64,000 nucleotides of DNA, from contig NW_026250421.1 of assembly GCF_024521635.1 (NCBI RefSeq), positions 248,001-312,000 of the forward strand, read 5' to 3'. Every line of letters starts with the position of its first letter. Positions within the stretch are counted from its first letter, which is position 1. The DNA is from Tricharina praecox. Its lineage: Eukaryota. The notes below the pieces were generated by a model that was not told the origin of the DNA, made no database searches, and worked only from the letters and a program-made list of their open reading frames with translations. Made by a program: the position numbers and the translations under genes. Of this stretch, positions 1 through 11,574 are shown one piece after another.

Positions 1-2
1 AG

Positions 3-68
3 GCGGCGGCACAGGCGGCGGCAAAGAATAAGTGGCATGAAAAGTTTCGGAAGGGGAAGAGGACGTGA
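3..68 (+). CDS. 3' end of a gene entering the window (AAAQAAAKNKWHEKFRKGKRT*); possibly the Ctf18-RFC subunit Dcc1
   Basis: Open frame from 3 to TGA at 66-68. The KWHEKF tail resembles my recollection of fungal Dcc1 C-termini; only 21 codons are visible. Confidence 0.35.
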   Translation, partial: AAAQAAAKNKWHEKFRKGKRT

Positions 69-632
69 TGAGCTTTTTCTGCACAACTTGATATTTCTAG
101 GCAATCCAGCACAAATCCTTGGTAACTTACACACACAAATCAAGTAAAATGATCAATTATGAGCGACCCTTGTGTTATGGCCAACTATTTGGTTCGATCG
201 GGACACCGTAGTTATGCATTACCTATACTCATCTCAGCAGAAGTGTATAGCTCCAAGAAGTCCAGCACCCAAGAAACCCCTCCACGAAGCTTCTTGCGTG
301 ACGGTGATGAACCACTAAATCTGAAGGACCGACAGTAACGTGAAAACCCTCTGGCCTGTCACAGGTATCACTCGTATGATACCTTCGTTTCGTAGGCTTG
401 AATGGGGTATTGTCATTGATTAGCGCCTTCGAACCTCCATATAATGGGAATCTCAGACATCCAAAGACCCACGTTTTCTGGCTGGTGGCTGACGCCGGTC
501 ACTTTCTCGACTCAGTTGTACTATCCTCATTGAGGTACCTACATTTCAATCATTGTTGAACCTAAAAGCTCTTCGTAATAGCTAAGATGTACTTACTTTC
601 ACTGGTATGAAATTCCTATGAGCCACTCCAAA

Positions 633-3244
633 TTATGTGTCAACAAATTGTTCCTGCACCATCAGCCTATCTTTAACCCTAGCCAGCACCCTCTCACCCA
701 CCAGCCCCGCAAACCTGGCCCTCCTCTCATCGTATCCCATATCCAGAAACGCCTGGATCCCTCCTAGAGGCCTACACGTTTGCAGCAACACTTGCGCAGC
801 CATGGCATTGAACCCCACCTTCCTCAGGAACACCTCCCAGCCACTCTCCTCCTCGAACAACCTGTGGCCGTGGCTCTTCATGGCGGCAATAATCCACCGC
901 ACCGCTTCCTCGTCAGAATCGCCCACAAGCCGGTGCTCAACTCTGCACACGGCCTCAAGGGAGACGGCGAATTCCACAAACTTGCTGAGCCCCTTGGCCT
1001 CGTTGGCACTCTGCGTTTTGGCCGGAACGCGGATCAGCAGCTGCAGGTGCTCGTATCGCTTACTGACCTCGATGATGCGCGTCTTGATGTCCCGGCCGTA
1101 CTCGATTGGCGGGTTTCCGCCTGGAAGGGGTGAACTTATGCTTAGGCGTCGGAGGGTTGTGAGGATTAGGCCCCTCGTTGGGGACAGGATCATGTCGGCG
1201 TCGGTGACTACCATCCGTCCGCGGCTCTGGCCAAGGGTGTGCACGTCACCGATCACGGCTAGGAAGTCTCTCTCGATAAAGCGAGCTGCTGGGTAGAGTG
1301 ATTTGATGGATTTGAAGATGTTGCGCTCGGAAAGGAGCGTGGTCGAGACTATAAAGTCCGCTGGAGGCAGATTAGCAGGAGGTATTGGTGCTGCTGGGTG
1401 AGATAGCTGCGTTGACTGCGGTGGTGCCGGGATCAAAGGTGTCATGGCTTCTGGACGGGGAGCCATTTTGACTGGACGAGGTGGTGGTGGCATCTGTGCG
1501 CGAGAAGTATCCACGAGGGGTGCCGGAGTCATACCTCGGGATCTCATGAAAGCGTCCAGGGCGCTGGCAGCAGAGAAGCCATCGAACGTAATCGTATCTG
1601 CTGGTTGAGCATCTCGCGTAGCAGCCACTGCTGGTCGATGCTTCTTCTTCTTCTTGAGCAGATCTTGGAACGAATAATCTACTGGTGGTTTCCGCTTTCG
1701 CTCCGGCGGGGCCATGCTTTCGACTTCAGCCATCTGATTCTTTTCGAGCACCGCATAGTCCAGTACTTCAACGGTATCGTCGCCTAGGTTCAGCTCCACT
1801 AGCGAGTCGAGCAATTCCTGTTCGGCGGATGCACAATCTTCAGTGGTCACCAGGAGGTGCTGTATAGATCCCTCAGTGTCCTCGATGTTTTCACGAGGTA
1901 CCGCAGCATTTTTTCGGGTAAACGGCGCCCAAACCATGTCGATCTCGATGATTTTGATGCCGCGCCATTTTTTCTTCGCAAGGCCAGCCCAGCCGTCCAA
2001 ATACCGCATATTCTCCATGTCGTCTCGCGAGATCGCCCACGGCAGTTTTGGGATCGAAAAGTCCATCACAGGCACTTCGATCCGCATCGTCGTGTCCGCT
2101 TCCTGCAGTTGCTCTTGGGCCAGCTCTCGCTGTAGCTGCTGGACGTCCGCATGGACAAGGTCCTTAAGTTGAGTTTGGGATGCTGAATCTTCTTGAGAGG
2201 GTGGCGGCAAAGGCTGGATATCGGTTTCGAAATTCGATGCGAGGCAGGTGCGTCCCACGGTATGCGGTGGAGTTAGGGGTACTTCCAGCTTGAGGGCTTC
2301 GAGACTCGGAGGAGTCTTCAAAGGCGATGAGTGGATTGGCGATTTTTCGACGAAGCGAGACGGTGACGGACTGTGAGGTGTCCTCAGTAGAGAGTCCTCA
2401 TCCATCATTTCCTTCGTCAAGGAATTCACAAACTCAGCATTGGTCTCTGCAAGGAGTGGCTGAACACCAAGGCTCACCCAATCTAGAGCCGGTAGCTCTT
2501 GAATTCCTTGAGCTGGAAGTACAACCAGAGGTGGGCTGAGTGGCTCGAGGATGGGTCGGCGGATACTGGTGTACTAAAGAGTCAGACAAACGACGGCAGA
2601 GGAGGTACATGGGTAAATAATCTCACTTCCGAGTGCAAAACATCGTCAAATTCAAGCTGCTTCGGTTTATCACAGCACTTCTTCAATAAGTTCCGTACTT
2701 CAGCCGGCATATCTAACTTTTCGGCGCGCAACTTCTTCTCGAACTCCCTCACATCGCTCCGAACCTGTGTTGACCACTTCAGCCCTTCGTCGTTCTCCTC
2801 GCTGACCTGAAGTGGCTCGAAATCCTTGATGTCATTTTTGGGCTTGGGGAGGACAAAACCATCCCTCATCAACGGCTCTTCCAAACGCAGGCGCTCCGAG
2901 CGACAGAAATCCTGCGAGAGAAACTTCTCGCCTTCGGCCAGACCGAGGGTCGCAAGCTTTAGTGTCGAAGCGATGAAAGACAGCGTCTGGTTTTCGACAG
3001 TGATCTTCTCAACAAGAGCACCATCCGGAATCCGGAGCGACTCGATATCCGTTTCCTCGGCGGACGAGAAGTCGAAGGGATTGCGGATATCGGTGACCGG
3101 AAGAAGCGGAGACAGCTTGCGGCAGAGCAATTGGGGATCTTGGTCCAGGTGGTTGATGAGGATTTCCTCGTTCCGACCAGCTTCTAACAGACCCTCCACT
3201 TCCGCCCGGTACCTTTCCAGCTCGTTGCTCATCGCTCGCGACAT
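633..3244 (-). CDS. ~852-aa conserved fungal protein with a C-terminal XPF/ERCC4-like inactive nuclease fold; putative meiotic ZMM protein Zip2/SHOC1-like
   Basis: Exons 3244-2627 and 2573-633 are joined by a 53-nt phase-0 intron (GTGAGA...CTGAC...TTTAG), fusing the 327-aa and 614-aa ORFs in frame. C-terminal motifs: FIERDF, ADMILSPTRGLI, YEHLQLLI, WEVFLRKVGFNAMAAQVLL. Gene model is solid; family assignment is inference. Confidence 0.7.
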
Positions 3245-3727
3245 TGTGTTTGCGATGGCTTCGGTGACGATTGCAAGTTGAGGGTGCGTGCTGGTAGTGT
3301 AGCCCAGCGGGATGGATCGACACGGCTGCTGCAAAGCAGATCTGTGGAGGTGTGTGACTGTGATGGATATCCCCATTACGGAAGAGCGTACAGCGATGTC
3401 CGATTTAGTCCATCGTCCCGCAACCCATCTCAGCTTTCCCGTACGCCGGCGAGCACTCTTTTCCTCGGCGTATGGAATAGTCGATTCATCCCCAGTGGTG
3501 ACACTGCCACTATCACGACGACTATCGCCCGCCCCGTCTGTGTATGTAGAGTGCCTATTCCCCATGGGTACCCCAAGATGAGATCAGAACTCAATATAGT
3601 GAATTTACCTACTAAACGAACCAGTACAGCGGATCCGCTCGTTAGACGAGGCTTTCGCTTTGCCTGGGGAGCTACATAGACGATCAGATAGATTTCGTGT
3701 CTCTGACCGGTCTGGTGCGATGTTACA

Positions 3728-3747
3728 AGAACGTTCGCGAATTTTCA
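3728..3747. promoter_or_regulatory. Heat-shock element, four perfect inverted nGAAn units
   Basis: aGAAc-gTTCg-cGAAt-tTTCa about 390 nt upstream of the HSP20 ATG. A second imperfect HSE (cGAAt-gTTCt-aGAGa) is at 3863-3877 and a TATA-like CATAAATA at ~3994. Confidence 0.85.
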
Positions 3748-4139
3748 AGCAATTTTGTCATCCACGCACCGGAATTCGGCTATGTAGATCTCCCATTGCG
3801 CTAATTATGCCGGAAACGGAAACTTTCCGCCTCAAACGTCGCACTAATTACTCGACATATCTCGAATGTTCTAGAGATCCCTGTCACAACACAATATTCC
3901 AGCAGCCTCGAGAATACTCCAGTACCACTCGAACGAATTACAAACACGAGATATCACGTCACCTATCGTGACTCCTACGTGCCTTCCGACGGGCATAAAT
4001 ACCCCCCGTTGAGGTCCACAGTTCCATCCCATCATCATCGAAAAACACAAGCATCTCTCGAACGAACAGCGAAAAAAAAACATCCACATCGATTCCAAAC
4101 CCAAACCAATTCTACAACCTCTACTCCAAATCAATCGCA

Positions 4140-4640
4140 ATGTCTTTCATCAACGCTCTCAACGATCCCCTCTTCCGCCTTCTCCTCGACCAGGACTCCA
4201 CCAGCAACCGCAAAGCGTTCGCTCCCAATTTCGACGTGCACGAGACGGCGTCCGCGTACATCCTCGAGGGTGAGCTCCCGGGCCTCTCGGACAAGAGCGC
4301 CGTCAACATCGAATTCACGGATAGCCAGACCGTGGTCATCGCCGGCAAGGTCCAGCGCTCATTGCCATCCGGCACCGCCACCCCCGAACAGCAAGTCGAG
4401 GAGAAGAAGTCCGACGAAAAGAAACCCGAGAACGGCGAGGGTCACGTCAAGAAGCCCGCGAAGAAGGATCTCTCCCCCAAGGTCTGGGTCAGCGAGAGGA
4501 GTGTCGGCAGCTTCAGACGCGTGTTCAGATTCCCGAGCCCTGTGGATACCGACGGCGTCAAGGCGAGCTTGGAACATGGAATCTTGTCCATGACCGTACC
4601 CAAGAGGAAGGCGGAGAAGAAGAGGATCTCGATCGAGTAA
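4140..4640 (+). CDS. Small heat-shock protein (HSP20/alpha-crystallin family, HSP30-like), 166 aa, intronless
   Basis: FAPNFDVHET..YILEGELPGL, VWVSERSVGSFRRVFRFP..VD...VKASLEHGILSMTVPK, and C-terminal IxI motif (RISIE). Confidence 0.95.
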   Translation: MSFINALNDPLFRLLLDQDSTSNRKAFAPNFDVHETASAYILEGELPGLSDKSAVNIEFTDSQTVVIAGKVQRSLPSGTATPEQQVEEKKSDEKKPENGEGHVKKPAKKDLSPKVWVSERSVGSFRRVFRFPSPVDTDGVKASLEHGILSMTVPKRKAEKKRISIE

Positions 4641-5267
4641 ATTTTGTGCGGGACGGGTGGAGAGAAATGTCTTGGACGTCCTTTGTCTGTCTCTGAGGTG
4701 GTTGCATGCTGGGTGTTCTTTTGTGCATTGATGGGTTCGGCGTAGCTCAGTATGGTGTTCTATTTTCTTATCTTCATTCCTTAATTGTTCTGTATAACAT
4801 TAGTATGATGTAGGTACTTCATTCAGAGTACTCTACTGGTGGTGCTTTAATGGAAGCAGTTATGTATCAAAATATGATTTCTACAACTGTGACCCATTGT
4901 GAATATAATATCTTCACTTGTGACGCCCTATTCTTCTTGACCAGGCTCAATAAATCTTTTCCTAGCCATTTAATTAGGTCTGCATACATGTTGTAGCCTG
5001 CCAGGAAAATCTACTGGTTTATAAATGGGCCGGCCCCTTGGCTAAGTGGCTGGTTATCACACGAGGAGACCTCAAATTCCTGCCGAAAGCTGCACGCCAA
5101 GATCTCGCCACATCAGAATCACTCGGGTAGCACGTCATGGATATAGGCAGTTAAGCGCAGACCGGAACGTTTTGCACATGCAACGCGCTCGAGTGCATAT
5201 ACATAGCACTTCTCCACAGCTTCCCCAATATCAACCATCCAAGCCACCTTTACTGCTACCGCCAGAA

Positions 5268-6035
5268 ATGCGCCGATCCGACGAGGCCCAGGCGTTCATT
5301 TGGGGCGTGTACATGGCCGTGCAGGTTGGGCTCACCAGAAGTCCATGTTGCTGCTGCTGCTGCGCGCGCGCGATCGGTTGCTGACGTTGGGAAACTCAGG
5401 AGATCCCGCATGGTACCTATCCGCGCGCATACACGTATAGTACGCAATGGGATTGATCGCTGAGATGCCTAAAGGCAGAGTGACGACGTACGGCCACATC
5501 GCGAAGCTGATCGGAAAGCGTGTGTACTCTACTCTACATACTCCATCCCACCACACGGTCAAGCGGGTCACTTAACATCTACGTGTAATCTGCAGCTCAG
5601 TGTCCTCGGTGGGAAGAGCCCCGCGCTCCACGCGCTCTCTTTATTTCGAGGCCGCCACAATCGAGCCGAGCCTAACGTGTGAACCCGCTGCAGACAAGTC
5701 GGCCAAGCCCTCAAGCATCTGCCGCCGGCGTCCACCGCGGCCGATAATACGTACCATACGGGCAACGTGCCGTGGCAGAGAGTGATCGCGTCGGATGGAA
5801 CCGTGCCGAGGCGGTCAGTTGGTGCTGTCCGCTTAGGCAAGGACGAGAACTGATACCTATGAGTAGAGATGACCCCGGCGGCGCAGCAAGGCATGCACAG
5901 GTACTCAGGGACGAGGGAATCGAGGTAGGCACGAAGGCGGATGGTAGATTCATGGTCGATTTGGAGGTCGTGGGATGGTTCCCTGAGGTTCTTCCGAGCG
6001 AAGAGGACGAGGAGGAGGAAGGGGAAACAGCATGA
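5268..6035 (+). CDS. ATL1: Alkyltransferase-like protein (MGMT/Ogt fold, Trp in place of catalytic Cys), 6 exons
   Basis: Exons 5268-5324, 5400-5412, 5475-5519, 5596-5608, 5694-5813 and 5867-6035 splice to MRRSDEAQAFIWGVYMAVQEIPHGRVTTYGHIAKLIGKPQCPRQVGQALKHL...NVPWQRVIASDG...LRDEGIEV. PWQR rather than PCHR is the ATL signature. Confidence 0.9.
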
Positions 6036-6759
6036 GGGAATCACAAGCGTCAACCTTAACATACGGCGGGAATAACCCCCAGTGTCCATCCCCGCATCGC
6101 GCGGGAATCCTTGGTAAATTGGCCAAACCTGCCTAATGCGCCCACCACTCGATTCCATCCCGCACACACACAAAGACATAAGAAAGCCTAGGACTCGCAA
6201 CAGAAAAATAACAATTATTAGCCTGCCACTCCACTTCTCGATCGCGACGTCAACCAGTGACCGACGCTGCTTATATAATGCCATGCCGTCCGCGCTATGC
6301 TTATTAACTAGCGGCCGTTGAGCGAGTACCTACTCTAGTTAAGCTTATGTCGACGTCGAGTGGAAGCTCTAGCCTTCAGGGAGCTGTGTCTGCAGCGTGT
6401 TTCGGCGTGGAAGGCCTGCAGGTATGTAGAGTATTGGCACGCAGTGGGCTTCGGTCGCCGTTTCGACGGCCTCTGTCTATCTCCCTAGGGTACAAGGAAT
6501 GCGAGTCTGCATGTGAACTGGCTATTAGTACAAAGTGCGGCTCATTTGCACTAGTAATTCAGGCTTCTGCTTGTAAACCGGCCTCTTTTCCTCATGACAT
6601 ACAAGTTGCAGTATTTATTTGGACGAAGCCGGGGCAGTAGGCGTTTAGCAGGACGTGGATTCTCGCCTCCACGGCCGGCAGCGTAAGGCTTGTCACGTGA
6701 GACTACCGAGTGATATCTAACTAGTGCTCCCTCGGTCACTCCAAAAACAAAAACAAAAC

Positions 6760-6903
6760 AAAAACCATCACCACCCCCGGTCGGTGGCTTGGAAACCCCA
6801 AGAGCCGAATACAAAGGTTTTTCACCCGGGTTGAACCGGGAACTTCCCTTCAACTCCCCTCGCCGATTACATGGCCTAGGTAGACCACTAGACCACGCGG
6901 GGT
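6760..6903 (-). ncRNA. Candidate Pol III (type 2 promoter) small RNA or tRNA-derived/SINE-like element
   Basis: A-box TGGTCTAGTGG (6895-6885), B-box GGTTCAACCC in a CCCGG/CCGGG stem (6837-6828), then GC-rich hairpins and T5 runs (6764-6760 onward). No complete cloverleaf. Confidence 0.35.
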
Positions 6904-7976
6904 TTTTTCCGTGCTAAAAACATTAATTCCATGCTTATAATCCTCAGTCTGCATGCCAGGAGCAAGTTCTTCGGCCGGCTCTGCACCCCAGATCATATGA
7001 TGGTATCCGTCCCGGCTAGATACAAAACCATAAAAACCGACGTCGACCATACATACTAGGCGCATTCGGCCACACTGCTCCACGTAAACAAAATTGATTG
7101 ACAATGCAGGAACGGTCATACATACATATGACGGATCACCGGAGTTGAAGAAGTGATTGCGCACCCATGGGTTTAGCAATAATTATGACCACTGGGCAGG
7201 CGGTTTCCTACAAAACCAATCCGCCCACCAGCAGCAGCCAGTCAGCCGTGTTGCGTCCTGGGGAATCACTTCAAGCGAGTTGCAGTAATTTCCTAACTTT
7301 CGTTATATCATTCGGAGGCTGTATCTTCCGTCATTATTCTGGAGTCTGTTTTGGAATGTGAACACTTCCCATTTCTGGTTTATTTTTGTTTTTGTTTTCA
7401 TTTTTTTTGTTCACAAATTCAGTGTGAACATAAGCTGGGGCCTATTTATATCTCTCTTTACATCCCCCTCTACTATATATCTACTTTGCAACTATTAGTT
7501 CTAGTTGGCGTATATCCCTAATCACTGTCAGGCGCGCTGGTGAATGCGGGTGCATACCCTGTCACTCGCACGTTGTTTGATTTTTCATGCCGATATCGAA
7601 CGCTAAATAGTCGGACCTTTCCCTTCTCTACTTCCGTTCTATCACTTTCACTCGGAGGGTTGGGCAGAGAGCAATAACGAACCCGTATCGAGCTCGCAGC
7701 CAGTGGTCGGTGACAGCGGGATGAAAACGGATATGTATCTGCGATGATCTACCTATTGAGGTCGAAAGCAATGATGATTAAACAAAAAACAAAAAACCAG
7801 TCCCGCCGTAAAAGCTTCCTATTACACATGTGAAAGCAGGATATACTTGGTATTATATTCCCCTGAACCAAAAGCCAAAAAGCATCAAAAGCATCAAAAG
7901 CCCAAACTGCATCTATGTAATCGCACACAAACTCCTCAGCATGCTGTCTCCATACATAACATTACGCACCGTCCCT

Positions 7977-8044
7977 CATCCATCCATCCATCCATCCATC
8001 CATCCATCCATCCATCCATCCATCCATCCATCCATCCATCCATC
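7977..8044. repeat. (CATC)17 microsatellite just downstream of the PEX12 stop
   Basis: Direct reading of the sequence. Confidence 0.95.
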
Positions 8045-8072
8045 GATATCTACCCAAAAACTGTCCAAAAAC

Positions 8073-9471
8073 CTATATCATCAATCTCCTGAGGCCCTCC
8101 GCGCCGCCGAGCAACCTAACACCTGTGACAGGACACCTGCCGACCCTAGCTTCGGCGCCGTCCTCCAGCCCATCCTTCCCGATGCCATCCTGCACCCACC
8201 TAAACACGCACGGATAGCAAAAGACGTAGCCCGTCTGCACAGCAGTCGGGTTCGTAATCTCCCGTTCGCACACGGGACACGCGCCCTCGGCCTCGGGAAG
8301 GATCTTGACGAGGCTCTTGGCGACGGCGTCGTCTTCGGGGATTTCCTCGTCGACGTGGACCGGTGGGCGCACAGGTTTTGGTGGGGGAAGCTCGATGGAC
8401 GCGGCGGTTTTGGCAGATAGTTGCCGTGCGAAGTCAGAGGCGTGCCACCATTCGAGGAATTTGAGGAAGAAGATGGATGTTGGGAGCAGGACTTTGAGAG
8501 AGTCGAGAATCTTGGGGAGCAGGATGCGCGTGATTATTGACGGCGTCAGGAGCGACCGCGCTGTGAATGGGGCGTTGGAGGATTTTTTGCGTGGGGCGGT
8601 GGCGGCTTCAAAGGCGCGCTGTGGTGGGTCAGCATCATGGTAGGTAGTTAATCAGATGGGGGGTGTGCATACGTGGTCGGCTTCGGTCAACCGTCGCATT
8701 CGGATGCCGACCAGGAAGTCTAGAGGACTGTGGTATTGCGATTTATCGAAGAGGTAGGCCATGTTGAACACGAGATTGGACCAATAGTATATCGCATTGA
8801 TGTGGGGGTATACGGCTCGCAGGAGCGCCTTGAGGTAGTAGACGAACTTCTCGCGAGGTGTGGCCTACATTTCCCGTCAGACATCGCGTACACGAAGGAG
8901 AATTGAAGGGGAGAGGGGGCAATACGGTATCGGAGAGCTCATCTCTTCGGTAACCCGAGCCCAACACGTTTGCCGCCGCACCACCGGCAAAGTTCTCATA
9001 CGCATCGTCGAGCTTGCGCTTCAGATACGGCACGCCAACCTACCCGCCCATCAGCATCACCACCACGCACGACGCGTCAAAAGGGAGCACACGTACGACA
9101 ACGAAAAGACTCTTCCAAACATCGCCCCTCTTCAACCTGGTGCTCTCTGCGACAAGCTGTGGCACAACCCTCTGCGCCCTCGGCACCTGCGCAGCAATAA
9201 CCCGCTCCCTCTTCAGCCCGTAAAAGTTCTCGGTGAACGACCCGCCCCAACGCGCGAGGTAATGGCGCTCCACGAGCAGCATGAGAAGCGCGTACACCTC
9301 ATCGTAGCGATTGAAGATGCGGATCAGGTATCGCGGGTGGCGCTGGGTCACGACGCCCAGGAGGTAGCGTAGCGATGGTTCTAGGAGCTCGCGTAGCTGC
9401 GTTTCCGATAGTAGCTCGAAGAGCGAGGGCTTTCCCTCGTCGAGGCCGCTGATGTTGGACATGAACTCCAT
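8073..9471 (-). CDS. PEX12: Peroxisome assembly RING-finger peroxin Pex12, ~408 aa, 4 exons
   Basis: Exons 9471-9097, 9039-8926, 8864-8673 and 8618-8073. N-terminus [25 protein letters not shown] and [25 protein letters not shown]; degenerate [25 protein letters not shown]...RCPVTG. Confidence 0.95.
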
Positions 9472-10413
9472 CGTCGTGAGTAAGGGGGACGATACGAGGG
9501 GTGGTGGATGGGGACGCGGTTGGGTGTGAAGTGGTCGGCAAGGTCCTACGGTACGAGACTGGGCCACGGGTGCCGAGGTAAGTTGGGGGGGCGTTGCTTG
9601 CTTGCTGTCACGACGTGGACGGTGGAATCACTAAAGGCAATGGGAATACTTGGCGCTCAACGTTTCCCGGCGGCACGAGGGACAGACAACGACAAGAGGA
9701 TCGGAATGTATTGTGACAGGTTACAGCGGCATTCGGGAATTTTGATGCTGCCGTGCCAATCATCACGGGTAGTCGACATGTGTTACGTACAATCGAAGGA
9801 TTTCCACAACAGACTTACCGACTGCACGCGGCACGTCACTATAGGTAAGTATCTAGTATGCGGATGCCCGGCTCAACCGTGCACTCCTTTCTGCTTCCCA
9901 ATCCATCAGCCATCACTTTTACGTACCTGTCTGTGTTTCTCCGAACTCCATATCAACAAGATGCAAACAACACTCAGGATTCCGCAGCGATCGATTTAGC
10001 CGGCCATCCAACTTCTACACCACCTCTCTGTTCGCCATCCCTCTTTGCTTCGAAATTATTGACTTATGATTTATGTGCTTATCACGTACATACACTTCTA
10101 TGTAAAAAAAAAACTGAGAATAAAAAGGAAAAAATAAAAATAAAAAATAAAAATAAAAAAACAAGAATTTTTAAAAGTGAAACCAGTTCCTTCTCCAATC
10201 CAAAGACGAAAATACGACTGTACAAGAAGTAAGCTCCCATCCCTTCGTATGACTGGCCAACTCCATCTAAGTCACCCCCAATCCACCAATAATCGGATGG
10301 TGGAATGGTATCCCCGTATTCTTACATACGCCAAAAAAGACCCACAGAGCGAGTATACCAGACTCACACCAGCATAGTACAGCCGTGACGACCAAAGAAA
10401 TAGTCAGAGATCT

Positions 10414-11574
10414 CTAAGCCAGCACTGGCAATTCCTTCTCCCAGCCGTGGTAGGCAAGCATCTCACGGAAGTACTGGCCGTACCACTCGAGGGGCTCCCA
10501 TTCGTTGCATCCCTTGTGACAGTGTTTGGCCGGGTTCGGCGAAGGCTTGCGCATCGTGAAGTGAATCAGCACTGCCTCATCCCAGAGCTTGTCCCATGTG
10601 CTGCGGTGGAATTGGTACTAATCCGGAAGGTTAGCTACAATGTCTTCGCATGTGAATACGCAGGGACCGTCAGGGAGCGGCTTACCATGACCAAGTTGAA
10701 ATTGTACTTGTACGGCAGACCAAAGTACCTGAACTTGTAGTATGCGTTTAAGAAGGCCTGATCCGCATCGTTGGGCGAGTGGTAGTTGGGATCCGACATT
10801 TTGGGGATCATGTCGTTGAAAGTTTCCATGGAGGGCCTGAAGACGACCACACCCGAGTTGAAGCGGTTATCGGTGAGAATATTCCACCAGACGTCGGGGG
10901 CCGCAGCGAATTCTCCGGGCATGTCCCACAGCTCGGCCAAACTTCCCTTACACACCACGTCGGCATCGATGAACAGGATCTTCTCGTATTCGGTCCAGCT
11001 CCACAGGTGCAGTTTATTGAGATTGTGTCTGTGCCAGGGCCGGATCTTGCCGGTATCGACTCCTTGAAATTCCAGCTCCTTCGCCACACGCACCGTCCAC
11101 CCTGCCTTCTCCAGTCGAGTCTTGTTCTCCGCCGTCACGCCGTCCTTCTCGTCTTCGCGCACCAGCAGCACCAGCTCCGCATCCATCGCCTTCAGGTCGT
11201 TATGCTTCTGAATCGAGTACGCCAGCATCACCGCCAACGACGTGAACGAAGCCGTCTGCACCGATGAAGTGATCGCATATCTCGGCTTCCGCGTAATCAA
11301 CTTATTCTCCTCGGCGTTAAAGATCTCCTTCGTCCGCGTCACCGAACCAGCGCCATAGTCCGCGATCGACTGTAACGTATTGGCCGAAGATGGTCCGCCT
11401 ACACACATGACATCCGTTAGAGTTCTTCTTCCTTGCAAGCTCACAACCAAACCAGACCGAGAGACTAGAAGACCGGAATCACGAAGTGGGCGGAATCTCA
11501 CCGAATACAGTATACAGGCCAAAAAACACTACGACCAGCAGCAGTGCTGGAGCAATGATCCGTACCCGCGCCAT
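10414..11574 (-). CDS. Glycosyltransferase family 8 (glycogenin/GNT1-like), type II membrane protein, 3 exons
   Basis: Exons 11574-11502, 11398-10686 and 10617-10414. N-terminal anchor MARVRIIAPALLLVVVFFGLYTVF; KLHLWSWTEYEKILFIDAD (DxD), FNSGVVVFRPS, DQAFLN, LPYKYN, IHFT..KP. Confidence 0.9.

Noticed and set aside
11399..11501. Second donor (GTGAGC) and internal TAG inside GT8 intron 1, suggesting a microexon or stwintron
   Set aside because: The 20-nt candidate exon breaks the frame and the upstream 37-nt piece lacks a good branch site; a single intron fits.
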